Origin: a virus | Virus record (IMG/VR): IMGVR_UViG_3300039191_000223 | Span: 38,700-102,699 of that record | Reading direction: 5' to 3' (one strand) | Length of the DNA: 64,000 nucleotides | In this document: piece by piece, positions 19,781-29,486 of the stretch | Numbering within the stretch: the first letter of the stretch is position 1 | Layout: every line of letters begins with the position of its first letter | Translations under genes and position numbers: made by a program | The notes under the pieces: generated by a model | Databases searched by the model: none | Told to the model about the DNA's origin: nothing | The model's input: only the letters and a program-made list of their open reading frames with translations

Positions 19781-20122
19781 TTACTCTTCGTCATCTTTTA
19801 TACCCGGTCCAGCTATACGAGTCACTCTACCTGTTGGGAACAGATGAATGTCATCTGAACGCCCATTCTGAACATCATCTAGTGTCAGAGTCCCATGTTT
19901 CCAAGGATTGGCAAGAGCCAAATACCAAGGGTGGCTGCAAATATTCTTGGTATCACTACCAGCAGTATAAATTCCGTCGAGTAATAGCTTACGCGCCCCG
20001 AATCCGTTTTCAAGAAAAACAACAGTAGCCGTAACATTATCCCACGAACTGGTACTGCGCCCTATATGGGTCAGCACTGCACTGTAAACGGGTTTATATT
20101 TCCACCAGAATATCATCGGCAT
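19781..20122 (-). CDS. hypothetical protein
   Basis: AGGAG RBS, 113 aa. Confidence 0.6.
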   Translation of the reverse strand: MPMIFWWKYKPVYSAVLTHIGRSTSSWDNVTATVVFLENGFGARKLLLDGIYTAGSDTKNICSHPWYLALANPWKHGTLTLDDVQNGRSDDIHLFPTGRVTRIAGPGIKDDEE

Positions 20123-20402
20123 CTCCTATTTGTTCTTCGAACGATATCACGTTACGACGCTCTTGTAAAGTCAAAGATTCCTGACTCTTGAGTCTTCGAG
20201 GATTGCCACAACATACCGGATTCGAACACAAACATGGTGTATGGAGCATGTGGTGTGCCGTCAAATAGCACCGACGTTCAAACGCATCCCATTCATCTTG
20301 GTGCGTAACTGTATACGGTCTATAGGATTTCGCTTGCAGATAACGCTTTGCAAGCATACGCTCACGGTGATGCCTACGAATGGCCCGCTTCTTGTTCTTC
20401 AT
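20094..20402 (-). CDS. basic Cys-rich hypothetical protein
   Basis: RAIRRHHRER...TPCLCSNPVCCGNPRR...TLQERR. Confidence 0.7.
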   Translation of the reverse strand: MKNKKRAIRRHHRERMLAKRYLQAKSYRPYTVTHQDEWDAFERRCYLTAHHMLHTPCLCSNPVCCGNPRRLKSQESLTLQERRNVISFEEQIGDADDILVEI

Positions 20403-20504
20403 TTTCACTCTCCCAGTCAACGACCCTAACGGTTGGGAAATCATACGCTAGAGTCATTTAAGGTGAAGAATGTCAAATGTGCGAACCATCTTTTGCTCCT
20501 ATGT

Positions 20505-20593
20505 TGGCAGAGAGTAGAAGAATCGAACTCCGACCGCGTTAAGCAGCCCGCCAGCTTTCGAAACTGGTTGTCCTCCAGTGGACCGTACTCTCT
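20505..20593 (-). tRNA. tRNA-Ser(CGA)
   Basis: Loop TTCGAAA, long variable arm, CCA. Confidence 0.88.
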
Positions 20594-20595
20594 AT

Positions 20596-20690
20596 TGGCG
20601 GAAGAGGTGGGATTCGAACCCACACGCCGGTTACGACAAACGCTTTTCAAGAGCGTCTCCGCTACCCTGAATCTTTCGGATAACTCTTCC
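20596..20690 (-). tRNA. tRNA-Ser(TGA)
   Basis: Loop CTTGAAA, long variable arm, enlarged D loop, CCA. Confidence 0.9.
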
Positions 20691-20784
20691 GTGCATTTTT
20701 ACTACAATATGTATCAGTCTGAGTATGACAATTAGGACACACTATCCTTAAGCCAGACTCTGCCACCCCACCATATACTATTAT

Positions 20785-21310
20785 TTATCCACGGTACAAT
20801 GTTTTAAATCCATACTTCTCGGCGTAGTCCAAGACTTTATCTGGAATAGCCATATCGCTATAAAACATATTCATACAATTTTGCTTCACGACAAAACCGT
20901 TACTACCATCCTTTTTGACCTTTGGTGAGCTTTCGAGCTTTCGTCAAAAAGTCATCGTTCTTAATCATACCGCATATCCAACATGTTTCCAAGTCTTTCA
21001 TGACTCTAGTGAAAACATAAATATCACAATCCTGTTTGAGGTTACAGGATGCCACGCTTCCCTCATAATCCAGAGAAGGCACAACGGTAGTTTCTTTGGT
21101 TTTTACTTCCATTCTACAATCGAATGCGAGAACATCGTAATCATATGTGTTATGTAGGTAGCCACTGAAAAGATAGGCAACCGCAATTTCACCCAAAAAC
21201 CCTACCTTATTTCCTTTACCTTTTCTGATAGAATTGTTTAGCTTTCCAAGTTCTTTCGCCTTGATAGTGGCTAGTGCCCGCATGTCATCGTTGAGTGGTA
21301 TTTCAATCAT
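20785..21310 (-). CDS. hypothetical PD-(D/E)XK-like protein, apparent +1 frameshift
   Basis: GFLGE...YDYD...EVKTK; removing one base of the T5 run at 20912-20916 extends the ORF to 20785. Confidence 0.6.
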
Positions 21311-21431
21311 GCAATTTATTCTTTTTCAAAAGTGGTGCCACATTAAGATTCCACCACGCCATAGTATACGGGACTATTGTCTGGATTACAGATAGAACCG
21401 CGACAATTTCAAGTGGACAAATATGCATTTA

Positions 21432-21731
21432 TTATTCCTCAAATAATTCAGTAATACCTTCACGCCGTTTCTTCTCTCTAAGAAGATCAACTAGCACATC
21501 ACCATGGCATGCCTCCGGTTTACAGTGACATCCTAACACCTTTCCATCAAGCTCGTCAAGAGACTCTAGAAGTTTAGGCTGCTTTTTAATCCATGATCGA
21601 TATTTATCGATAACTTGACTTCGCGTTCCGTGCATACTTATCATGAACGGATTACCCCATTTACTAGACCTACCAATATACACATCATATTCGGCTGTTT
21701 TGGAATTTACAACTTTTGTTTCTCTTACCAT
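21432..21731 (-). CDS. DUF4326 family protein
   Basis: DVYIGRSSKWGNPF...LGCHCKPEACHGDVL. Confidence 0.88.
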   Translation of the reverse strand: MVRETKVVNSKTAEYDVYIGRSSKWGNPFMISMHGTRSQVIDKYRSWIKKQPKLLESLDELDGKVLGCHCKPEACHGDVLVDLLREKKRREGITELFEE

Positions 21732-21741
21732 AAATATCCTT

Positions 21742-22215
21742 ATGAAAATCTCAACTATATTAGAACGTTCCAGAGTACAGAATGCCACCGAATCTGAGGA
21801 ATTGCAATACCTTCAGAAAGCGGCTGACCTGTTATCAAATGAACTAGACTTAAATGATCGAGAGGTTACTATTACGTTCGATCCACCATACGACCTAGAC
21901 GCTTCTCAATATGGTGCCACAATAGGTCTAGGGCGCTCTCCTAAGAAGATATTCATCTTTGTTGATAAGGACATATCAACCGGAGAAAAACTCCGTGCGC
22001 TGGCGCATGAGATGGTTCACGCCCAACAACTTGCATCGGGCAAACTTGCCATTCTTAATTTTGAAAAAGGTCAGATATCTGGTGAATGGGATGGAGAGCC
22101 TTTCGAATTTCTGCGATACAGTAAATCTAATCCATGGGAAGTTGAAGCTTATACCAAGGAAAAAAGTTTACAAAAATTTGTAATCAATAAGCTTGGTAAT
22201 TTTCACCAAAAATGA
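21742..22215 (+). CDS. putative zinc metallopeptidase
   Basis: LAHEMVHAQQ (HExxH) and PWEVEAY. Confidence 0.8.
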   Translation: MKISTILERSRVQNATESEELQYLQKAADLLSNELDLNDREVTITFDPPYDLDASQYGATIGLGRSPKKIFIFVDKDISTGEKLRALAHEMVHAQQLASGKLAILNFEKGQISGEWDGEPFEFLRYSKSNPWEVEAYTKEKSLQKFVINKLGNFHQK

Positions 22216-22235
22216 TGTCGAATAATAATTGTGTT

Positions 22236-22311
22236 TGGTAGTCCGAGAGGGGTTCGAACCCCCGACCTAGTGCTTGTAAGGCACCCGCTCTCCCAACTGA
22301 GCTATCGGACT
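22236..22311 (-). tRNA. tRNA-Val(TAC)
   Basis: Loop CTTACAA, CCA. Confidence 0.95.
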
Positions 22312-22346
22312 ATATTCTGGTGTCTCTTTGACGATAAAGTATGTCA

Positions 22347-23042
22347 TCAGCGACTGTTTGTCAACCCCTGATACCAAGAAGCAGATAGGGCCTCTGGAAA
22401 ATTAATAAGGTCTCGTTTAGCGCACCCCCTAATAGTAGATTCTCTAACCCAACACACTGCCTGTGGTGGTTCTGCCACGTATAGGGGGGGGAGTCCCGAT
22501 TTGCAATCCATCATGAGATACCGATCTACTTCCATCTTAACCCCATCGTTTATGGCATCATCGACAAGCCATTTAGCGGTCACTGGGCTAAGACCATATG
22601 CGTGCGTGCCAATAGCTCTTGGAATTTCAATCAAGTGGTCTACTTTATTTACAATCGGAGTATACGAATCGCGGTCAGGCACGCGATGCCCGAATGTCAC
22701 AACAGCCATATCAGGAATGTTAACGGTGTTGAGTTTACCTACTATCAATGCATCATGCTCCAAAATAACTCATGGTGCATCCAGTTCAACAATTCGTTTC
22801 CAACATTTAATCGAAGAGGCGTGGCACCCCGCATAACCCACATTACTATAGCTTGGATTAATTTTTGTCACCCCAACGCTCGCGAATGTTTGTATGGGTG
22901 TTTCAAAATACTGCTTATCTACCGCATCGATATATTCATATGACAGGCCATGCTCTTCACATGAGCTAGCACACTGCGCAGCATAGTCAACTGACAGTTT
23001 ATTCTTTGTCATTCTTATGATTAATGCTTTCTGAATTCTCAC
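22347..23042 (-). CDS. glycosyltransferase family 25-like protein with in-frame TGA
   Basis: Two ORF-track ORFs share a frame: GCHASSIKCWKRIVELDAP*VILEHDA...GTHAYGLSP; TGA at 22770-22772. Confidence 0.75.
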
Positions 23043-23049
23043 CGTATAA

Positions 23050-23436
23050 TTAAGCTCCTACGCTAGTAGTTTTTGCAATACGAGTGTCCTGAAGTCCAGT
23101 TTCTCGAATCCAATCAGCAAGTGAATTGATATCCAGATGTGGATCAAACACTCGTGCCCCTTTGAATCTAAAGCTTTCTTGAAGCTCGTGAATTACAGCA
23201 GCTTCGGCAGCCTTGTATGCAGTTCGAACAACCTCGGTATCGCACATGGTGTACTGGAGCGTCCACTTACGGCAAGCCTGAGTTTCCAGTTTACAGGTTA
23301 CGGCATCGAGTGCTTCGAAGAAAATTTGCAAATATGGAGCACCGTTGTACTCACCCACGACGAATTCGAAATCGCCACAAGATACTTCACCAACCAATTC
23401 TTCGATACTTCCAAGAGTTTGAAGCTGAACATCCAT
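23050..23436 (-). CDS. hypothetical protein
   Basis: GGAGG RBS; CRKW...EVVRTAYKA...HELQESF...VFDPH. Confidence 0.75.
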   Translation of the reverse strand: MDVQLQTLGSIEELVGEVSCGDFEFVVGEYNGAPYLQIFFEALDAVTCKLETQACRKWTLQYTMCDTEVVRTAYKAAEAAVIHELQESFRFKGARVFDPHLDINSLADWIRETGLQDTRIAKTTSVGA

Positions 23437-23483
23437 AACATATCCTCCATTTGAGGCCATACTATAACAAAAAAATAGAACCG

Positions 23484-24125
23484 TCAAGCCTGTTTTGGAA
23501 GAAATACGGTATCGTTCTTTAACTCGATGACCGGATCATAACCTAGAGTTGCCATGTGTGCAACAGCGGCATCCTTATCAAAGCATGTTTCTAGTATGAT
23601 TAGGGGGTTAAACTTGTTAATAGTATTCTCAGCACCTTGTAACGCGGGTACCTCATACCCTTCAACGTCTAAATGTATCACATCACACGACGGTAAATCC
23701 AGACTGTCGAGAGTTATGATTTTATGCTTACCAACCTTCCCATCAACTATGTTATGCTTGCCAGTGTTGTCCCTACACGTATCATCTAAGAAGGCAGTAG
23801 TACTTTCTTCAGCACCAAGTCCGGTGTTAAATTTATGGTAAGCTGTCGCGTCATTATCGACACAGTTCTTATCAAGTAAATTAAAGCTACGCTTATTTGG
23901 CTCAAACGTATAGACGTTGGAAAAGTAATTGCCGTAGAATCTTGGATACATTCCACAATGCCCACCAGCCTGAACAATGGTATCAAACTTGGTCATATGC
24001 TCAAAGAAATATTCTTTGTGGTTTTTCCAGTCCTTTAGAACGTAATAAAACGACCAGTCATCACCAGTATACCACGCAAGCTTATCTACCCCTTCGATAC
24101 CGACTTCCCTATAACAAAATGCCAT
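23484..24125 (-). CDS. FkbM family methyltransferase
   Basis: VQAGGHCG, YTFEP, HLDVEGYE. Confidence 0.88.
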   Translation of the reverse strand: MAFCYREVGIEGVDKLAWYTGDDWSFYYVLKDWKNHKEYFFEHMTKFDTIVQAGGHCGMYPRFYGNYFSNVYTFEPNKRSFNLLDKNCVDNDATAYHKFNTGLGAEESTTAFLDDTCRDNTGKHNIVDGKVGKHKIITLDSLDLPSCDVIHLDVEGYEVPALQGAENTINKFNPLIILETCFDKDAAVAHMATLGYDPVIELKNDTVFLPKQA

Positions 24126-24197
24126 GATAATGTATCCTTTAAATATATTTAGTGTGTCGTTAGAGTGATGCATAAATAGTTAATATCGGAGAACAAC

Positions 24198-24827
24198 ATG
24201 CGAATACATCATGTGGAATTAGTAATCACAAACGATAAAGTTATCAATAACTATCATAAGAACGGTGCATTTGAACCCGAAAGTATGAAAGCATGGGAAG
24301 CCGCAGTGAGTAACGGTGGATGTGCCATTGATGTCGGGTCATATAACGGGTTATATTCTATTCGGGCAGCCCAGTTGGGTGCCGCCGCAGTAGCATTCGA
24401 ACCTCTACCCGATAACTATAATCGCATTCAAGAGAACGTTGGTATGAATAATATAGAAATTGAGACGCATGCGTGTGCAGTGGGAGATAAAGCTGCTAGG
24501 GCCTTTTTGTATTTTAGCAACGCTAGGAATACCAGCGGTGGTAGTCTTACAGGAAGTGGTGCCAATAATCGAAGAACCAACAAAGTAATGGTAGAAGTCA
24601 TCACATTGGACCAATTAAATCTAGAAAATGTTGTTGCCATTAAGGCCGACGTGGAAGGCTTCGAACCTAAAGTAATTCAAGGGGCCATCAACTTAATTAA
24701 CACTTACAAACCACTACTCATACTAGAAGCACTAACAGACGAAATGGAATACAGAATCAAAGCTGAACTTCCAGACTTTTATAAAATACGTCGGGCTGAC
24801 AAACGAAACCTGATCTGTGAAGCATAG
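24198..24827 (+). CDS. FkbM family methyltransferase
   Basis: IDVGSYNG, AFEP, KADVEGFE. Confidence 0.9.
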   Translation: MRIHHVELVITNDKVINNYHKNGAFEPESMKAWEAAVSNGGCAIDVGSYNGLYSIRAAQLGAAAVAFEPLPDNYNRIQENVGMNNIEIETHACAVGDKAARAFLYFSNARNTSGGSLTGSGANNRRTNKVMVEVITLDQLNLENVVAIKADVEGFEPKVIQGAINLINTYKPLLILEALTDEMEYRIKAELPDFYKIRRADKRNLICEA

Positions 24828-24836
24828 CAGCACAGA

Positions 24837-25253
24837 TCAGGCGTACTGGTCCTTACCAACAGTCAAGTGAAGCCTCCAATTGCTCGGCTTATCCATTTCC
24901 GCACGAATGGCAAGTAGCTCAGGGGCATCAACCATAACCATCCAGAAACCGGGATCACGAGAAGAGCGTCCAATGTGGGGACGATGCTCATACATAATCT
25001 CAACCTTGTGACCATGGTACTTCTTCCACAAGCTCATGTACTCGGGAGCAGGCTTCTCACCACGAATGATGGAAACGTGAGCGTCCCAAGAAGGCTGGAT
25101 CAATCCCTTTACGTGATACTCTTGCATAATCCACCAGCGATAGTACCGGGTAATCTCACGATCAACCTCAAGCACACACCACCACTGAGTCTTACGCTTC
25201 ATTCCACCACGGAACGGATCGTAAACAATTTTACCTACTGTCTTGTGCCACAT
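24837..25253 (-). CDS. 2H phosphoesterase superfamily protein
   Basis: Two HxS/T motifs, HVSI and HLTV. Confidence 0.75.
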   Translation of the reverse strand: MWHKTVGKIVYDPFRGGMKRKTQWWCVLEVDREITRYYRWWIMQEYHVKGLIQPSWDAHVSIIRGEKPAPEYMSLWKKYHGHKVEIMYEHRPHIGRSSRDPGFWMVMVDAPELLAIRAEMDKPSNWRLHLTVGKDQYA

Positions 25254-25270
25254 GACACGACTTCCTTGTT

Positions 25271-25346
25271 TGGAGATAGCGACGGGATTTGAACCCGCAT
25301 AATCCTGATTTGCAGTCAGGTGCCTGACCATTCGAGCCACGCTATC
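25271..25346 (-). tRNA. tRNA-Cys(GCA)
   Basis: Loop CTGCAAA, U73, CCA. Confidence 0.93.
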
Positions 25347-25496
25347 TATTGATTAGTCGCACACTATACCAGAAGCGTTATGGGGTTGCAACAGAACACA
25401 TTTAACCTTTCCAGTAAAGTAACAAAAAGGGGCTCTGAAGAGCCCCCTAAAACCATATTATGATCTAAGAGGCTGGGAACAGCCTCATTTTGTAAA

Positions 25497-25930
25497 TCAT
25501 GCCACGATCTGTAGCGATGTACCGCATTCGGCGCAGAATTTACTCGTTGCCTTATTTTTGGTACCACAAGTTTTACACGTTGGCTTAGCCTTGACCGTGA
25601 TCGGTTCGCGAATGGACTTGTTACCAGCAGTCTCACCCACAAGCTTCATAACCATTGCATATTCTGTGTCTTCCATGGTGAAGCTTGCTACGGTCTGAAA
25701 CTTCTGATCTGAAACTGACCCCTCAACCGTAATTCCCACATCACATGCGGCAGCACCATCATGTATTGACGATGAGTATGTTGCTGTGGTTGTGATTCCG
25801 CCTCGCATACCTTGTGGGTAATATGATGTCGGAATTATATCAGACGCATATGTCATAACCGCCGGTTTCGGCTTTGCAAACTTATAGGTGACACGAATAA
25901 GTCCATCCTCCGCACCAACTCCGCGGCACT
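25497..25930 (-). pseudogene. 5'-truncated gene with C-terminal zinc ribbon
   Basis: CKTCG...FCAECG; 5' end replaced by the GC-rich insert. Confidence 0.6.
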
Positions 25931-26005
25931 TCCGGGAGGTTCGGCGCTGTCTCAGCGCCTTCGGCCTGTCGCGCACCAGCGCTGCTGATCGCGTGCATGG
26001 AGGGG

Positions 26006-26302
26006 TTAGGCAGCGGTCAGCTCAATCTTGTGAACCCTGTCCAGTTTGACGCTTTTTCCTGCTTGCCACAGGTCATGAGCATCCTGCATCGAAAGCCAGC
26101 TCTGCGGCGTTCGACCGAGCGCTTTCGACAGACGCAAGGCCATCTCCGGGCTGATCCCGCTTTGCTGCTTCAGGATCCGACTCAAGGTGGATGGAGAAAC
26201 GTCGAGCTGCTCTGCCAAATACCGGCAACTGAGCCCGTAGGGCTCCATGTACGTTGCCCGGATGAACTCGCCGGGATGCGGAGGGTTGTGCATGGACATC
26301 AA
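26006..26302 (-). CDS. higA: HigA family antitoxin
   Basis: MHNPPHPGEFI...GISPEMALRLSKALG...WLSMQ; preceded by HigB-type tail LLDYEDYH*. Confidence 0.92.
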   Translation of the reverse strand: MMSMHNPPHPGEFIRATYMEPYGLSCRYLAEQLDVSPSTLSRILKQQSGISPEMALRLSKALGRTPQSWLSMQDAHDLWQAGKSVKLDRVHKIELTAA

Positions 26303-26464
26303 TGGTAGTCCTCGTAATCAAGCAGATATGCGTTAAAAGTTATGTCTTGCCCCGTATCTCTATCATTGAAGGTCAGATCAAACGTAGAGTTTTCAAATTG
26401 CCTATCAGTCATTTCACAGTTTGGACATTCCATAATAATTTCCCGCATTCTCTTCTAGTGTACT

Positions 26465-26539
26465 TGGCAGGGGTGCAGGGACTCGAACCCCGATTTGCAG
26501 TTTTGGAGACTGCTGCTCTGCCAATTGAACTACACCCCT
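26465..26539 (-). tRNA. tRNA-Trp(CCA)
   Basis: Canonical cloverleaf, loop CTCCAAA. Confidence 0.95.
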
Positions 26540-26656
26540 ATATGTTATCTGCGCCGATACGTGAAAAGCCTAGCATACGCTTCAATTCACGGTCACGTTC
26601 CTTTGGATGCGTGCATGTTGCTATATAAATCTTTCGCATTTTGCTTCTCCGTTGAT

Positions 26657-26728
26657 TGGCATGCACACACGGAATCGAACCGCGCTACTGAAGTTTGGAA
26701 CCTCTGTTGCTCCCAGAGCCACACCCAT
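26657..26728 (-). tRNA. atypical tRNA-Trp(CCA)
   Basis: Loop TTCCAAA, 3-nt D loop, weak acceptor stem, CCA. Confidence 0.6.
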
Positions 26729-26735
26729 TGAATTA

Positions 26736-27008
26736 TTAGCCTATCCAGTAGCTCATGACGTAGCCACTTTGAATCGTTACGTTAACTCTATTGCTATCAG
26801 AAGTCAACTCCAATACATGGCTAATACCATCCTCATTCTCTATACGCCACTTAATGCCAATGTCATTTAAACGCCAACGCACCAAGCCCCATTCCAGCCC
26901 GATCATTGCCCAGTCTTCCATTTTTTCAGCATCACTTAAATGCTCAGTGACTTCAATCTTTTCATCGGCGGTACGATTGTACATACTATGCATTGGTTTA
27001 TCTGACAT
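26736..27008 (-). CDS. hypothetical protein (possible I78-like tail RVNVTI)
   Basis: Coupled ORF. Confidence 0.6.
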   Translation of the reverse strand: MSDKPMHSMYNRTADEKIEVTEHLSDAEKMEDWAMIGLEWGLVRWRLNDIGIKWRIENEDGISHVLELTSDSNRVNVTIQSGYVMSYWIG

Positions 27009-27208
27009 TACTCGCCCAATCTTTCTCTTGCTTCATCCGTGATGACTTTATCGACAGTGAGACGAAAGATATCAGAAGTTTTTACAACATAAAAAGATTC
27101 GTCATCGTTGAATTCTGTTCTTAGGCGATCATATCCTTCTTCTCTCGTAAGTAAGTCTACCACACGTACATGGAACAAACTACCCTCTTTTTGTAAAATT
27201 GAATACAT
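27008..27208 (-). CDS. hypothetical protein
   Basis: Coupled ORF. Confidence 0.6.
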   Translation of the reverse strand: MYSILQKEGSLFHVRVVDLLTREEGYDRLRTEFNDDESFYVVKTSDIFRLTVDKVITDEARERLGE

Positions 27209-27209
27209 C

Positions 27210-27437
27210 TTATGTTTTCTCCTGTGAGTTTAGTGCGCTATCCATCAGTTCTTCGATAGGATCGCGTGATTTAACAATCTGTTGATTTTTGCGATGAACT
27301 ACAAAATCTGCTAACCGAATACAATCCTCAAACGAGGTTGTATCATCCTTCAGCGATTGCCAATATGTGAACGCATTGAAGTAAAAAATGTGTTCCCCTT
27401 TAATGACTTTTATATATGGTTTCATAACCATTCCCAT
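27210..27437 (-). CDS. hypothetical protein
   Basis: ORF downstream of a tRNA. Confidence 0.6.
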   Translation of the reverse strand: MGMVMKPYIKVIKGEHIFYFNAFTYWQSLKDDTTSFEDCIRLADFVVHRKNQQIVKSRDPIEELMDSALNSQEKT

Positions 27438-27441
27438 TAAT

Positions 27442-27518
27442 TGGTGGGTGAGGGTGGACTCGAACCACCGACCCCAGTCTTATCAGGACTATGCTCTAAC
27501 CAACTGAGCTACACACCC
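27442..27518 (-). tRNA. tRNA-Ile(GAT)
   Basis: Loop CTGATAA, CCA. Confidence 0.95.
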
Positions 27519-27523
27519 ATTGT

Positions 27524-27609
27524 TGGTGCCCAGAGCGGGATTCGAACCCGCACGCCATACGGCAGAGGTTTTTAAGACCTCCATGTCTACCAAATTTCAT
27601 CATCGGGGC
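27524..27609 (-). tRNA. tRNA-Leu(TAA)
   Basis: Loop CTTAAAA, long variable arm, CCA. Confidence 0.95.
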
Positions 27610-27649
27610 ATATTAGAATTATTTATACTTCTTTCTGTATTCTCGAATA

Positions 27650-27835
27650 TCACGAATTTCTTGTGGACCCGGAAGCCATTACTTCACCCTCAAACAGTTC
27701 TGGTGAGTACTTCTCTGAACACCACTGTGCGAAGTATATCTGAGCTTGTTCGTCACTGTCAAACTCATCTGACAGTGACCTATCTTCATCCCAACGCTCG
27801 TTCTGAAAGGTTAGTACCCTTACCTTGTATTTCAC
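27650..27835 (-). CDS. hypothetical protein
   Basis: GTGA overlap with the ligase stop. Confidence 0.6.
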   Translation of the reverse strand: MKYKVRVLTFQNERWDEDRSLSDEFDSDEQAQIYFAQWCSEKYSPELFEGEVMASGSTRNS

Positions 27836-28953
27836 CAGCGCTTATCCTCGTGGAGCACTTTGGCTACGGGGAATCGGAGAGCACCATCTGGGGTATATCC
27901 GAAAAATCTAACCGTTGCTTGCTTGCCGATATAGTTATCAGCAGTTGCGAGAACATGGCGACAGTAGTCCATTGAGCCCTGAACCGTAGCTTCACATTCA
28001 TGACCAGCAGCAGTGCGAATAACAATCTTCTTCGCACAACCAGACCAGTTGCCCTTACCTTCCTGAACATCAATAATCAGGAACTCGTCATCATCGAAGT
28101 CTTTGCGCTTGAGCAAGTTGTTAGAGCGTTTCTGCTCATAGGGCGCATCTACCCGAATAATGCCACCTTCATAACCTTCTAGAAGTGCAGCACCATAGTT
28201 ACTATCCACGGCTTCAATATCTTCACATGGATATGAATACACCACATGAATAATGGATTGGGGCATATTAATCTGGAGTGATCGCATCAATCCATACAAC
28301 GCATTATATCGTTCCATGAATGGTCGTCCATCCGCACTTGGCATATCATAAACATGATACTGGACCATGCTCACAGATTTCTCAAGATCGTCCTCAGAAA
28401 ACTTGGTCTTTCGAACCATCGAGACAATTTCGTTGAAGTCGTCTTTGAGGTAATGGTTGTAAAGCTCACCATCCAGAACCAAATCTGGATTCTCGTCAAA
28501 CAGCGATTTCAATTCATTAAATACATGGGGGCATGCCGTGATAGGCTTGCCGGTTCTGGACCATAGTCCATCACGGTTTGCGATACAGCGAATACCATCT
28601 AGCTTAGGTTGAAAGATACATGGAAACGTAATTTTATCTTTGCGGTCTTCCCATTTTTTAGCAAGCATAGGCTTGAACCATTTAGCAGTGTCGGTATCTG
28701 ATTCGCTCTCGTGATACTCACCTTCCAGCTTTTTCTTGTAGTGAGATTCAACTTCGGATAGCGCCTGTTCTGCGGGGCTGGTTTGATTTGCTCGCCCAAT
28801 ATTTTTGGATTCACAGAGCGTCCATTCAGACGTGACAAGTTGTCCGTCTTTCAGACCAGCGGTAGTTCGGAATCTGCTCTCGTCAAGTTCCATGAACCAT
28901 ACACGAATCTTGCCGTTGGTATCTCGCTTGTAAATGGTGGGGAAAGTTTGCAT
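27832..28953 (-). CDS. ATP-dependent DNA ligase
   Basis: KPMLA, QPKLDGIRC, LDGELY, YEGGIIR, LLKRK, LRFPV. Confidence 0.93.
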   Translation of the reverse strand: MQTFPTIYKRDTNGKIRVWFMELDESRFRTTAGLKDGQLVTSEWTLCESKNIGRANQTSPAEQALSEVESHYKKKLEGEYHESESDTDTAKWFKPMLAKKWEDRKDKITFPCIFQPKLDGIRCIANRDGLWSRTGKPITACPHVFNELKSLFDENPDLVLDGELYNHYLKDDFNEIVSMVRKTKFSEDDLEKSVSMVQYHVYDMPSADGRPFMERYNALYGLMRSLQINMPQSIIHVVYSYPCEDIEAVDSNYGAALLEGYEGGIIRVDAPYEQKRSNNLLKRKDFDDDEFLIIDVQEGKGNWSGCAKKIVIRTAAGHECEATVQGSMDYCRHVLATADNYIGKQATVRFFGYTPDGALRFPVAKVLHEDKRW

Positions 28954-29072
28954 AAATGAATATCCTTGTTGATTTTAAAGAATGCATATACTGTGTCAAG
29001 TAGAGTTTTGTCTAAGTGATGCCAGTATAAGCAATGGGAAGGAGTATGTCAATAACGAAAGGAACATTTCTT

Positions 29073-29151
29073 TGGTCGCTGCCCTCGGATTCGAACCGAG
29101 ATTCCGTGAGTGACGCCCCACGAGGCTTTGCCATTTTTCCATCAGACAGCT
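29073..29151 (-). ncRNA. tRNA-like RNA, non-canonical anticodon loop
   Basis: Perfect T arm CTCGG-TTCGAAT-CCGAG, ACCA end; arm CGTGGG-GCGTCA-CTCACG. Confidence 0.6.
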
Positions 29152-29411
29152 AATGTGGCAGTTTCTAAAGGATGCCAGCCTTATCAAGTTACCCAACGAC
29201 AGGTTCTTTACTTATCCTCAGCGGTAATCCACGAAACTTTAGAACAGTCTTCACATCTATAGCAATCTACAACATCGGCAACTTCAGTATCATAACCAAA
29301 GCACTCATCAACAACATATCCATTACTGGAATTGTTTTCAGAAAGTTCCTGAGACAAGTTTACACTACCACAATTGTAACACTACATAATGACTCTCCAA
29401 TTAGTTGTGTT

Positions 29412-29486
29412 TGGCTCTCCGGGCTGGACTCGAACCAGCAACCCTCCACTTAACAGGCGGACGCTCTGCCATTGAGCTACCAGAGA
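29412..29486 (-). tRNA. tRNA-Asn(GTT)
   Basis: Loop CTGTTAA, CCA. Confidence 0.95.

Noticed and set aside
20733-20772. Additional tRNA (GGTGGGGTGGCAGAGTCTGGCTTAA on minus)
   Set aside because: Only a 5' fragment; no anticodon arm, T arm or 3' strand
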